Shown here: positions 43,414 through 52,865 of the stretch, one piece after another | How the letters are laid out: every line of letters starts with the position of its first letter | Numbering within the stretch: the stretch's first letter is position 1 | IMG/VR virus record: IMGVR_UViG_3300042868_002569 | Span: 1-60,723 of that record | Strand: one strand, 5' to 3' | DNA length: 60,723 nt | Source: a virus | Lineage: Duplodnaviria > Caudoviricetes | Position numbers and translations under genes: made by a program | The notes under the pieces: model-generated | Told to the model about the DNA's origin: nothing | The model's input: only the letters and a program-made list of their open reading frames with translations | Databases searched by the model: none

Positions 43414-44786
43414 GCAGGCATATACTTACTTGTTTTAATTGCTGGAGCTTGCTTCTTTTTACCTGTTCTTGCCGTACGAATTTTGTCCATCATGCTATAT
43501 AGTTTCTTAGCGCCGGCATCAGTAGAGCCATTACCTAAATGAGACACAACATCAGCAGGCACAACAAATTCACCGTCGGCTAATCTAGCTGGTTGGCGTT
43601 TACCAATCATTGCAGGAATGCTATCAGACATACCGTCGCCAGGACCTTTAAGCATACGACCACCGTCTGAGTACCCACCGATTGAACCACCACCAGCTGC
43701 GGTTTTAATCTGACCCAACCTAGCAATACCAGATTTAGGCATCTCTTTGGGCTTTAGGTTAGCTGCGGCAAATTGTTTTTCTATGCGTTTCATGGCTGCG
43801 TCGTAAGCACCTAAACTAGCTGTGTCGGTGTCTGTATCACGATACATACCCTCGCCAGGACTCATAGTCTTCATTTTTAAACCACCAGCTGCATAGCCAG
43901 CGATACCACCAGCAGCCATACCTGAATTGTCGCCCATAGGCTCATCGTCATAAGAACCGCCGGCAGCCATCATAATATCGTTAGTACTACCACCTTGAGC
44001 GGCGTAACCTAACCCTGTAGGGGTGTAGTATGGGTTTGGTCTAGTTGGGGTATACCCTGAGAAGTTAGATGCTAAGTTATAGCGATATGGTGCACCTTTG
44101 TAACGCTCTTCTTCTTCTGGTTGACCCGGAATTGGGGGTGCTTCTGGGGTCATTGCACCTAATAAAGATGCACCAGCTGCGGGTATTGTTCCAATTGGCG
44201 CCGCTTTCATAAACGCTTCTCTACCAGCGCTTCCACCCAATTCACCAATACCTTGACCTGCTTGACTTAAATTACCCATAAATGTTGATGGGGCTGCGGC
44301 TGTAGTACCTTGGGCTAAAGTAGCTGCTGGGTTAATCCCTTGAACCGCTGAACTTACACCTGGAGGCAGACCAACGGTACCCGCTGCATCTACAACGCCT
44401 GGAGTTATGTTTGCTGCACCTGCACTTGCACCTGCAGCTGTTAAGCCTTGACCAAGACCAGCACCACCATAGGCACCTAGACCAGCCATCAAACCTTTAC
44501 CAATATCACCTGTACGAGCCGCTTCAAAGCCACCAACACCCAAACCAATTAATGCGCCAGAGCCAGGAAACATAGCATTTAAACCAATACCAGCAATCAT
44601 AGGTAGTAGGTTTTTAAGAAAACTTGCCTCGGCTAAACCTGTATCAGGGTTAATACTTAGAGAGCCGCCATGCGCCATTGCAAGAGCTTGCAAGCCTTTT
44701 ACCTCACCTGGAGACATGTGAACAAGCGTTGAATCGCCGTCGCGGCCTTTAGATGCTAAGTGTTGTGCTGCTACATGTAGGCTCAT
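43410..44786 (-). CDS. Putative virion protein
   Basis: GRDGDSTLVHMSPGEV N-terminus; C-terminal GPGDGMSDSIPA..ARLADGEFVVPADVV. Confidence 0.65.
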   Translation of the reverse strand: MSLHVAAQHLASKGRDGDSTLVHMSPGEVKGLQALAMAHGGSLSINPDTGLAEASFLKNLLPMIAGIGLNAMFPGSGALIGLGVGGFEAARTGDIGKGLMAGLGAYGGAGLGQGLTAAGASAGAANITPGVVDAAGTVGLPPGVSSAVQGINPAATLAQGTTAAAPSTFMGNLSQAGQGIGELGGSAGREAFMKAAPIGTIPAAGASLLGAMTPEAPPIPGQPEEEERYKGAPYRYNLASNFSGYTPTRPNPYYTPTGLGYAAQGGSTNDIMMAAGGSYDDEPMGDNSGMAAGGIAGYAAGGLKMKTMSPGEGMYRDTDTDTASLGAYDAAMKRIEKQFAAANLKPKEMPKSGIARLGQIKTAAGGGSIGGYSDGGRMLKGPGDGMSDSIPAMIGKRQPARLADGEFVVPADVVSHLGNGSTDAGAKKLYSMMDKIRTARTGKKKQAPAIKTSKYMPA

Positions 44787-44825
44787 TGTTGCCCCGCTGG
44801 GTTAATTATGTTGAAGTTTATCATA

Positions 44826-45164
44826 TTAAATCGTTGTAACTGTTACAGTTCCAGTTAATCCTCTTGTTGTTGACCCCGTAGTTAATGTGCTTACTGGATG
44901 ATGCCCTAAAGCGTCTACCCAATATTCACCATCCCACCAAACAGGGTAGCCAAGGGTGGTATCAAAATAAAACTGCCCAACCTGTAAATTTTGAGTTGGT
45001 CTGTTTGCAGTTGTTCCGTTTTGTGGCGTAGATATAACAGTTAAAAAGTTATCTAAATTATTAAAATATATACGTAAATTTTGGTTAAGCTGGTCGTCCC
45101 TACGTTGGTCGTACTCAATCGGTGCAGTTGGCAATGCGGGGGCAACGAACTTTTTAATCGTCAT
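44826..45164 (-). CDS. Hypothetical virion-module protein
   Basis: 112 aa; GTTANRP...GQFYFDTTLG.PVWWDG motif. Confidence 0.6.
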   Translation of the reverse strand: MTIKKFVAPALPTAPIEYDQRRDDQLNQNLRIYFNNLDNFLTVISTPQNGTTANRPTQNLQVGQFYFDTTLGYPVWWDGEYWVDALGHHPVSTLTTGSTTRGLTGTVTVTTI

Positions 45165-47053
45165 TTTTTACCATCCGTCCTCATATCTAAACGTGGACTG
45201 CCTAGCTGCCATTGTGTATTTAAACCAGTAGATTCAATCTTTAATGCAACTTGACGAGCACGAGCTCTCATAAATACTTGATTGGTGTACTGGTTAACCG
45301 TTGTTTGTATGACACGCTGCGTATTGCTAGCATTAGACTGATAAGCACCGCCTGGGAAGTTGCGTGGTCGAATAACAAAATTAACTTCTGGGTTAGTAGC
45401 CGTAGACCCATCAAAATTAATGTCCGGTATTATGCGGCGTGTAAGCATTAGTTGGTCGCCATCCATTAAGTCAAAATCAGAAGACTGGATATATGCAGTT
45501 AATGCAACGCCGTCGTCATTAGTGCCGTCTTCGTGGTTAAGTAAGTAGCTACGTTCTAATGCATCGTCAGTATAAGAAGCTTGTGGAAAATCACGCAACG
45601 GGCTGTCTAGCCAAGCATTGCGCTCAATATCGCCGTAATACCAAATTCTTTCTAAATGATTGTAGATAATATAGGCGTTATTTGTCTGGCTATCAGCTGT
45701 AGGGTACATCCACCAAACTTCATTCCAACCTTCGTTAGTGCCAGATACAATCTGGTCGGCTTGGTTAAAGTTAATATTAGTAAATACGTGGTTACGTAGT
45801 GTGCAAGGTAGTGTTTCTACTCGGCCTGTGTATACGTAGAACTTATCTTTACCCATCCAGAAGGTCATATTATTAACTACAGTAACAGCGCGAGGTCCAA
45901 TAATAGACAAGTTATCACCAATTTCTTGTAACGCAAACACATCATTTGTACCAGTAAACTGTAAAGAATTTAACGTAGCTTCTGTAAATACAAGAATCTC
46001 TTGCTTGGTTGGTATAGCACGAATAATTAAAGAACCACGAGAAACACGAATAAATCCTGCAGAATTAGTCACCAAAGGTGTCCACATGCCTGGGTCGTCT
46101 TGAGATGCCCAACGAATTAATAGTGGGTCAAAGTCTGTAGCTCCACCCGCGTAAGGTTGGCAACCAAAAGCCAATAAGTGTCTATCGTTCTGTGATACTA
46201 AAGTTTGCATAGCCGCAGTAGGCACATCAGCTGCGCCGGATAAAGAACTTAAAGATATAGCTCTAGTTGCTAGGGATGCGTCTGGTGTTGCATTAGTACC
46301 GCGTTCCCAATAGTAAATACGGCCGTTGCGGATGTTCATAACCAAATCATTATCAAACTGGTCAAACCACCAATCTTGTTGAGGTAAAAAAACACCATCT
46401 GGACTACCTAAACCCCAACCAAAATTACCGTCCCATGTACCAGTACCCCAACCATAGCCTAAAGTTTGTAATGCGTTTCCCGTGTCAATCTCAAAGCTTA
46501 AGTTAATGCCTGTACCGCCTCCAGTAGCACTAGATGAAGCATTTACACCCACAATAAAAGTAAACGCGTTAACGTTAATAACAGTAGCTACTTGGTGTGT
46601 AGCATTGAGTATAGTTGCAGTAATACCTCCAACAGCTGTGGCCCCAGCAATATCTACATAGTTACCCACATCAGCATCTGAGCCAACAGCCACAATAGTT
46701 ACTGTGCCCGAACCGTTAGCTGTAGTAATACAGTTATCTGTAACTGTAGTTGTTAAAGTTGGGTTTGTAGCGCGTAATGGGGTGATGTCGTAGAAATACC
46801 CGCCTACCTCGATGTAGACCTTTTCGTTGGTACCGCACGCTAAAAAGTTATCGTTATAAGACGTAATCCACCCAAACATCTGGCGGCAATATCCAAGCAT
46901 GTATTCTGTAGTAGTCTTAAGCCAACCGCCAATTTTCTCTGGATAACCAGAACGAAAACGAATTTTGTCGCACTCATTCCAACCGCCCTCGTTAGAGTAG
47001 TTAGTTTGGTCTCTGTTAATTCCTGGCTTAAATTGTAGCTTCTGGAACGGCAT
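45161..47053 (-). CDS. Tail hub / packaged-DNA stabilisation (nozzle-type) protein
   Basis: 630 aa beta-rich with propeller-like segments (IRWASQDD, TFWMG); position upstream of ejection genes. Confidence 0.65.
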   Translation of the reverse strand: MPFQKLQFKPGINRDQTNYSNEGGWNECDKIRFRSGYPEKIGGWLKTTTEYMLGYCRQMFGWITSYNDNFLACGTNEKVYIEVGGYFYDITPLRATNPTLTTTVTDNCITTANGSGTVTIVAVGSDADVGNYVDIAGATAVGGITATILNATHQVATVINVNAFTFIVGVNASSSATGGGTGINLSFEIDTGNALQTLGYGWGTGTWDGNFGWGLGSPDGVFLPQQDWWFDQFDNDLVMNIRNGRIYYWERGTNATPDASLATRAISLSSLSGAADVPTAAMQTLVSQNDRHLLAFGCQPYAGGATDFDPLLIRWASQDDPGMWTPLVTNSAGFIRVSRGSLIIRAIPTKQEILVFTEATLNSLQFTGTNDVFALQEIGDNLSIIGPRAVTVVNNMTFWMGKDKFYVYTGRVETLPCTLRNHVFTNINFNQADQIVSGTNEGWNEVWWMYPTADSQTNNAYIIYNHLERIWYYGDIERNAWLDSPLRDFPQASYTDDALERSYLLNHEDGTNDDGVALTAYIQSSDFDLMDGDQLMLTRRIIPDINFDGSTATNPEVNFVIRPRNFPGGAYQSNASNTQRVIQTTVNQYTNQVFMRARARQVALKIESTGLNTQWQLGSPRLDMRTDGKK

Positions 47054-47061
47054 AATTTACC

Positions 47062-47538
47062 TTAAGATTCGTATAGGGCTTTTTCGCCCCTGCGACGTTT
47101 ATCTAACCCTTTTAACACTTTACCACCAGCCTTGTTCCACTTCAAGAACTCTTCTGCTGCGGCCCTAAATTCTTTTCTGTTGTGCTTCATGCGCAACGTG
47201 CTGTTTTGCAAGTTACCAAGACCTACGTTAAAAGAAAAACTCACCAAAGCATCAAACTGACCTTGTGTCATGTCACCTGGGCATAGGCGATGAACGCCCG
47301 TCTCAAAGCGGGCTAGGTCTTGTTTAAGGATGTTGTTGACTTCATCCATGTTTAAAACCCGATTCCAACCGTCAGGAATAGGTAGCGCTTTTCTGTCTTC
47401 TAACTTAACTCTAGCGTGATTAGGGTCAATAACATGACCCACGCCACACGTCCAAAGTAAAGCGGGGCACTGATAAGGGGAGGTCTTTACCCCCTCGTCG
47501 TGCTTAATCATCTCAATAAGCTTAACGCTTACGTTCAC
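47062..47538 (-). CDS. Endolysin, GH24 lysozyme
   Basis: HDEG...YQCPA..WTCGVGH, QFDALVSFSFNVG, KWNKAGGKVLKGL..RR..E. Confidence 0.92.
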   Translation of the reverse strand: MNVSVKLIEMIKHDEGVKTSPYQCPALLWTCGVGHVIDPNHARVKLEDRKALPIPDGWNRVLNMDEVNNILKQDLARFETGVHRLCPGDMTQGQFDALVSFSFNVGLGNLQNSTLRMKHNRKEFRAAAEEFLKWNKAGGKVLKGLDKRRRGEKALYES

Positions 47539-48038
47539 TTTTTAGACCATCCACGTGAACCAAACCAGTAACCAATAATACCGCCTAGCATAGCCATCTC
47601 GTCATCACTAAAAATCTCATCAGAAATCTTTAACAAATCGTCAATACTGCCAATAACGCCTGGGTGCATAAACACATAGACGCCGATACCCACATTAATT
47701 ACAAACAACTCGGCTACAAACAAGTAAGTCACCATAGGGCGCACTGTAGCTACAAATGTAGAAGCCCACGGAGCCGCCTTAGCCAATACCCTAGCATCAT
47801 GCTCATAAGCCGCCTTGGTCATCTCTGCATCGGTCTGCATCGTTATGTGGTCGGTGCGAATCTCTTCTACCTTGGCTTGTGATGCGTAGCCACGCTCCAT
47901 CATCTGGATTTCACGTTCGGTCTGCATCTTGGCTAGGTCTAGCTCATGCGCTTTGTCAGACTTATCTTGAAAGAAACCCAGTACGTTTGGCAAGCCTGAG
48001 ATTAATAAGCCGCCTAGTGTTGAAATTAGCGATAACAT
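47535..48038 (-). CDS. Putative holin
   Basis: Hydrophobic segments, VRPMVTY and GYWFGSR motifs, adjacent to the endolysin. Confidence 0.7.
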   Translation of the reverse strand: MLSLISTLGGLLISGLPNVLGFFQDKSDKAHELDLAKMQTEREIQMMERGYASQAKVEEIRTDHITMQTDAEMTKAAYEHDARVLAKAAPWASTFVATVRPMVTYLFVAELFVINVGIGVYVFMHPGVIGSIDDLLKISDEIFSDDEMAMLGGIIGYWFGSRGWSKK

Positions 48039-48039
48039 A

Positions 48040-48492
48040 TTACTGTCCTAATCTGTTTGTGGTTGCACGTTTTAGTGTGTTCATCTCAGAGCGTAGTGTA
48101 GAACTTGTTACATCTAACTCAACCTTTTGTGCAGCCATGCCAGAACGTAGTTCTTTCTGTGTGCTTTCTGCAACAATCTTAGCTTCACGGGCTGCCATTA
48201 GCGCTTCGGCTAGGCGTTCTTGCATCTTAGCAATGACTTCACGCTGGTCGGCTACTTTTTCTTCTAGTAGCTTAACCTTACGCTCTGCGGCTGCTGCAGA
48301 GGCAGCTGTGTCGCTGTAGCCCTCATACATCTCTTTGACTTCGTTGAACTTGGTAATGCCTGTGTAGCCAGCACCTAAAATAACAGGTACGCCAGCAATA
48401 ATGAAGCCAGCCACCATCGTGTTCTGTTTGGCCCAAGTTACCCACTTATCTACAAAGCCTTGTACTTTATCTAGTTTCTCTAAATCGCTCAT
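48040..48492 (-). CDS. Membrane-anchored coiled-coil protein
   Basis: One TM segment (VAGFIIAGVPVILGAGY) followed by a long coiled coil. Confidence 0.65.
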   Translation of the reverse strand: MSDLEKLDKVQGFVDKWVTWAKQNTMVAGFIIAGVPVILGAGYTGITKFNEVKEMYEGYSDTAASAAAAERKVKLLEEKVADQREVIAKMQERLAEALMAAREAKIVAESTQKELRSGMAAQKVELDVTSSTLRSEMNTLKRATTNRLGQ

Positions 48493-49463
48493 TGTTCAAA
48501 TCCTAAATCTTGGTTGTAATCTGGCTGGCTAAAGCCGGTTTGTTGTAACAGGTCCATCATTATTAAGTCCTGCATCAGTATGTTGTTTGGTATCCCACTC
48601 ACTAGCTGTGGTTCGAAGAATACGTTCGGTTGCTGAAGTCCAGGTTTCACAAACAGCTCCAACGACAACACAAGGCCAACCACTGACTGTGTCTTTCCCT
48701 TTGGGGGCGGGGATGGGGATACCTGTGTAGTCAATGTTGTCGGCGAATCCGTCTTGGTTTGTGTCTGCTGAGTCTCTGTATTGGCGGTCGGGGTCGTTTC
48801 CGAGTTCGGCACAGAATTTGGGGTCGGCGCAGTTACAGGTGAGGATTGGATTGTTGGGGCAGATGTGTTCGAAGCTGGACTCAGGGGCGACACAGGCGAC
48901 GCAGGATTGGTCGGGTTGTTTATCGACTTCTTGCAAGTGTCTGATGTAGTCACCCAAGGTTGCCACGTTGGGCTCCCGTACGGATTTGGACACGTCGAGG
49001 AACGAGTCTGGGTAATGCTCCCCGTATAACCGGTCTGGCATTGTAGTGTTTGTTGTTGGCTGCTTACTTGGCATGTTGGCGGGTTTTGGACGCAGCTGTC
49101 TTGGATTTTGAACCAGTCGCTTTGGACTGGCTGACCATAGCTACCTGACGGGCAGTTAGTTTCTTTTTTCCAGGTTTGCGTGCCGCTGTAGTTGACGGAG
49201 CAGCTTCTTGTTTCGGTTTGCGCTGAGTAGGTGCAGGTGACGACTTGCGGGGGCGGGTTTGCTTGGGGGCAACTTGCGGAGATTCCTGGGTACGCTTGGC
49301 ACGCAACGGCTTGGCACTGGGCGAGGGTTGTTCCACCGTCAACGAAGAGGGAGCTGTAGACTGGCAACCCATTAGTCCACGTACTAGCATAACAAGCCGC
49401 TTGAACATCACTGCTCCTTAGTAGGGTTAGCAGCAAGGTCAACGAGAGGAGGAACCGAACCAT
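48489..49463 (-). CDS. Signal-peptide-bearing Cys/Thr/Pro-rich protein
   Basis: N-terminal signal ending VQA; two similar Cys repeats; S/T/P-rich linker. Confidence 0.65.
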   Translation of the reverse strand: MVRFLLSLTLLLTLLRSSDVQAACYASTWTNGLPVYSSLFVDGGTTLAQCQAVACQAYPGISASCPQANPPPQVVTCTYSAQTETRSCSVNYSGTQTWKKETNCPSGSYGQPVQSDWFKIQDSCVQNPPTCQVSSQQQTLQCQTGYTGSITQTRSSTCPNPYGSPTWQPWVTTSDTCKKSINNPTNPASPVSPLSPASNTSAPTIQSSPVTAPTPNSVPNSETTPTANTETQQTQTKTDSPTTLTTQVSPSPPPKGKTQSVVGLVLSLELFVKPGLQQPNVFFEPQLVSGIPNNILMQDLIMMDLLQQTGFSQPDYNQDLGFEQ

Positions 49464-49890
49464 ATAATTTCACAAACTTTTCAGGGTAACGTTTAATCCA
49501 CTCATTGCGAGCTGCATCACCAATGAGACCATCTATCGGACAAGGCGTGCCTGACATCATCATGGCATCCCAGTTTTCTTCACGAGCCGAACATGCAATA
49601 GCAACTGCAGCTACTTTAAGCCCGTTGTTAGACAAGAAAGCCGCCCATTTACGCCTTGAGCAATCTTCATCCATCATATACGAACCACCAGAAAATCCAA
49701 TGACTGTAGAGCTAATAGCCCCAGAGACGGCAACCAAACAGTTATCTTGGCTAAACGAACTAATAGATGGAGCCATCGCACCAGCAGGGGGTTGCCCCTT
49801 GTAGTTAATGGTTGTGTCTTGAGCTTTTGCGTTAGGAATAGCAAACATCAGACCTATTAAAACTGCCCATATAGCCGCTATTTCACGCAT
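49408..49890 (-). CDS. Signal-peptide-bearing Cys-containing protein
   Basis: Signal ending AKA; APS..DNC...CSRR..GLKVAAVAIAC...GTPCP. Confidence 0.7.
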   Translation of the reverse strand: MREIAAIWAVLIGLMFAIPNAKAQDTTINYKGQPPAGAMAPSISSFSQDNCLVAVSGAISSTVIGFSGGSYMMDEDCSRRKWAAFLSNNGLKVAAVAIACSAREENWDAMMMSGTPCPIDGLIGDAARNEWIKRYPEKFVKLYGSVPPLVDLAANPTKEQ

Positions 49891-50108
49891 TATTGCCCCC
49901 AGATTTTAGTGCCAATCGGTTTAGACGTTACATTAATAGCCACATGTTGTTTAGGCGTAGATAAGTCAGCACCACAATCGTTGCACTTTTGAGCAGCTAA
50001 TTCAGCTTCATCTACATCGCGACTGCAGCTTGGGCATAGGATTTCTACCTTGTGCTTAGCTACTAAGGTACCGTCTTCTAGTTTTACCGCAGCGTTGTCT
50101 TGAATCAT
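49890..50108 (-). CDS. Small zinc-ribbon protein
   Basis: CPSC...CNDC. Confidence 0.65.
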   Translation of the reverse strand: MIQDNAAVKLEDGTLVAKHKVEILCPSCSRDVDEAELAAQKCNDCGADLSTPKQHVAINVTSKPIGTKIWGQ

Positions 50109-50647
50109 TGTTTCTCCAATAGGTCCAATACTTCTTTATAAGTAAGTACTTCAGTGCTTAATGTAAGCGCTATTCTATCTTCATTACTATCTTTAGTAAC
50201 TCTTACCAATCCATGAGGTTTAGTTACATCCAATAGGTAAACATCGTTAGATTCGGCAATAAAGTTACTTATTTCGGTGACATCTTCATGGTTATAAATA
50301 TTGCCGTTAGTTTGATTTCTTATCTTCTTTAGTGTGGAGCTACTATTGGCAACTTTGTAAAAACTAGTTTTAAAATCACTAGGTTTTAAATAAAAATTAA
50401 TACAACAAAAAATTCCACTATCTGTATGAATAGCTATGTCTGAGTTTGCTATCATAAGAGACAACGAAAAATGCCTATGGTAGTTTTTAGGAATAATACT
50501 AAAGATAGAATCCTTAGCCGAGGTATTTACTTCGTAGTATTGTAACCCTTTGAATCCTTCAGAAGTATCATACCCATACCCAATACTTTTTTGCCCTTGA
50601 ATAAAATCCAAGACTTTTATGTCTGTATTTATTTTTGTAAACGGCAT
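50105..50647 (-). CDS. Cupin/2OG-oxygenase-like protein
   Basis: IHTD...INFY...LLDVTKPHGL...RIAL; AT-rich DNA. Confidence 0.55.
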   Translation of the reverse strand: MPFTKINTDIKVLDFIQGQKSIGYGYDTSEGFKGLQYYEVNTSAKDSIFSIIPKNYHRHFSLSLMIANSDIAIHTDSGIFCCINFYLKPSDFKTSFYKVANSSSTLKKIRNQTNGNIYNHEDVTEISNFIAESNDVYLLDVTKPHGLVRVTKDSNEDRIALTLSTEVLTYKEVLDLLEKQ

Positions 50648-50655
50648 TTTTTAAA

Positions 50656-50856
50656 TTATTTAATAGTTAGGTTTGTGTCGATGGCTGACGGAGTCCAAGC
50701 ATAATCACCGTGTTCATTAACTATTTTTTCATCAATGGTAGGTGTGTTTAAAGCGTAAAACTCTTTAATATAGCTTAACAATACTTCACGAGCTTCTTCT
50801 TTTGTGCCACACTTTGTGTAAGACCCTGTTAACGGATTAAATACTTGATAATTCAT
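50656..50856 (-). CDS. Small hypothetical protein
   Basis: 66 aa; resembles the C-terminal half of 50864-51292. Confidence 0.6.
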   Translation of the reverse strand: MNYQVFNPLTGSYTKCGTKEEAREVLLSYIKEFYALNTPTIDEKIVNEHGDYAWTPSAIDTNLTIK

Positions 50857-50863
50857 AATAATC

Positions 50864-51292
50864 CTATTCTATTACTATCGTTGATAAGAAATCTTCATTA
50901 CAATCAACCCACGTAGTATTGCCGTTTTCATCTTCATGCTCTTCTTTAACATTAAAATTATGTTTAACAAGAAGCTGTTTTACTTGGTTTATAATAAACG
51001 CTTTTACCTCATCTTTGTTTTGTAATTCAACTGTTTCGTTAGTTATAAAGTTTATTGTTTTATATTTTTCAACAGATATTTCAGAACCGTTTTGTTTAAC
51101 AAACATGGGGGTACGCTTTAGTGATATTACCCAAGCAGCTTCTTCTCTATAACCATGTTCCCTAAGCCTGTCAGCAGCTTCGTCTAGCGATAAACCATAG
51201 TTATTAAGGTCATTCATTATTGTTCGGCCCTGTTCACAAAAATCTACACTCTGTAAGAAGGCATCTATTTGTTCGTTTGTCCAATTTATCAT
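50864..51292 (-). CDS. Hypothetical protein
   Basis: 142 aa in the AT-rich block. Confidence 0.65.
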   Translation of the reverse strand: MINWTNEQIDAFLQSVDFCEQGRTIMNDLNNYGLSLDEAADRLREHGYREEAAWVISLKRTPMFVKQNGSEISVEKYKTINFITNETVELQNKDEVKAFIINQVKQLLVKHNFNVKEEHEDENGNTTWVDCNEDFLSTIVIE

Positions 51293-51855
51293 ACTAAAAC
51301 CTCAAATTCTTTAACAACTTTATTAAACGGTAAATCAATAAAATAAACCTGAATCATATCTCTAATATAGTTTTGTTCAACACTTGCTGCTACTTGATGT
51401 GGCTGTATAGTTGTTAATATCCAAGCATCGTTATCTGAAGCTTTAAATGACTCAACTTTCGTAAGACCATCCGTTTTTATCATTCTGTATAAGTTATAGT
51501 TATCTATAACCGCTTCATCGTCTGTTTCTAAAGCACCTTCATAAAAAGAAGTTTCTTCACCATTTGTTTTTATGTAAAAGTTTAAAACACATTTTTCTAC
51601 TGTATGCACATGCGGCTTAATGTCGTTTTCAAAATGTGTTAAATCAATAGTTGTTCGACTAATAGCAATATTTGCAGTTTGAAGAGTTTTAGGTAGCGCA
51701 GCTCTAATCATGTCTTCTTGTCGCTTGGGTATGTAATACCTGACTAAAGCCGGGTCATCTTCTTCTTTACGCTTAGCATGTTCAGTCAGCACAACAGTCG
51801 CTTTGTGCATATATCTAAGTTCAGGAGAAAATTTTACTTTAGCCGCATATTTCAT
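51289..51855 (-). CDS. Cupin/2OG-oxygenase-like protein
   Basis: PHVH...LNFY...ILTTIQPHQV...RDM; start set at MKYAAK. Confidence 0.55.
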   Translation of the reverse strand: MKYAAKVKFSPELRYMHKATVVLTEHAKRKEEDDPALVRYYIPKRQEDMIRAALPKTLQTANIAISRTTIDLTHFENDIKPHVHTVEKCVLNFYIKTNGEETSFYEGALETDDEAVIDNYNLYRMIKTDGLTKVESFKASDNDAWILTTIQPHQVAASVEQNYIRDMIQVYFIDLPFNKVVKEFEVLV

Positions 51856-52865
51856 TAGCTTACCGCCCCGTAAACACGAGTTGTATTGCCTGAAGTCCAA
51901 GTAAGAGATTTGCCATTTAGGTTGACCGCTTTACCACCACTACCGCCACCAACATTTGAACTACCACCAGAAGAGCCCCAACCGGCGCCCCCACCACCAC
52001 CAGCACCATTGGCAAAATTAGCAGCGTTACCGCCGCCAGCATTTGAACTACCACCAGCACCACCAGAAGCAGTGCCCGCTGATTTACCAGTAGAATTATT
52101 TGTGGTTGAAGTGCCACCACCACCACCCGCACCTCCACCACCTCCACCACCTCCACCGCCTGAACCTGGGAGTATTCTACCGCCACCACCGCCACTATTG
52201 CCACCACCATTAGAACCACTAGCACCTACTCCACCGCCAGCACCGCCACTGCCACTGCCACCTGTACCACCTGTTCCAGCACCCGCTCCACCACCACCGC
52301 CACCAGCACCACCAGCTACATTTGTTGAAAAACCGCCACCACCGCCACCACCGCCACCAGCAATATAAGCAGAGCCGTTTGTGTTGTTAATAGTGCACGC
52401 TGACATTCCAAAGTTAAGATTTAATGCTGGTCCACCTGATGCACCTACATTACTAGATACAGCACCACCATTACCACCTCGACCAAGAATAAATCCATTA
52501 TTTACAATGGTTAATGTGTCGCCTGTTGTACCGCCCGATATTGCTAAAGCGTAGTTACCTGTTGATGTAGCATAAAGATAAACACCGCTATTAATAGTTA
52601 CGGTAATGTCAGATTTGCCTGAAACATAGCCACTAATTGCAGAAAGATTTAATGTTGAATCGGTTGAGTTTGATGTGAATGTGAAGCTAATAGCAACTCT
52701 ATTAGTTTTATTCTGTAGATTCTGCATTGAGATAACCGTACCAGAACCACCAACACCCGCCAACGTACGTACGTTAGCTTGGTTCATTTGTATTAGCGTT
52801 GTGCCAGCAAAGCCTAACTCAACGTTTACATCATTAAGTGATATTTGTCCTGAAGGCGTTGTCAT
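51855..52865 (-). CDS. Glycine-rich tail-fibre adhesin (T-even gp38-like)
   Basis: LTIVNNGFILGRGGNGG...GGPAL...IAGGGGGGGGG, polyglycine blocks, C-terminal RVYGAVS. Confidence 0.7.
   Translation of the reverse strand: MTTPSGQISLNDVNVELGFAGTTLIQMNQANVRTLAGVGGSGTVISMQNLQNKTNRVAISFTFTSNSTDSTLNLSAISGYVSGKSDITVTINSGVYLYATSTGNYALAISGGTTGDTLTIVNNGFILGRGGNGGAVSSNVGASGGPALNLNFGMSACTINNTNGSAYIAGGGGGGGGGFSTNVAGGAGGGGGGAGAGTGGTGGSGSGGAGGGVGASGSNGGGNSGGGGGRILPGSGGGGGGGGGGAGGGGGTSTTNNSTGKSAGTASGGAGGSSNAGGGNAANFANGAGGGGGAGWGSSGGSSNVGGGSGGKAVNLNGKSLTWTSGNTTRVYGAVS

Noticed and set aside
51886-52368. Proline-rich + strand ORF
   Set aside because: Mirror of the GGT/GGC glycine codons of the adhesin gene.
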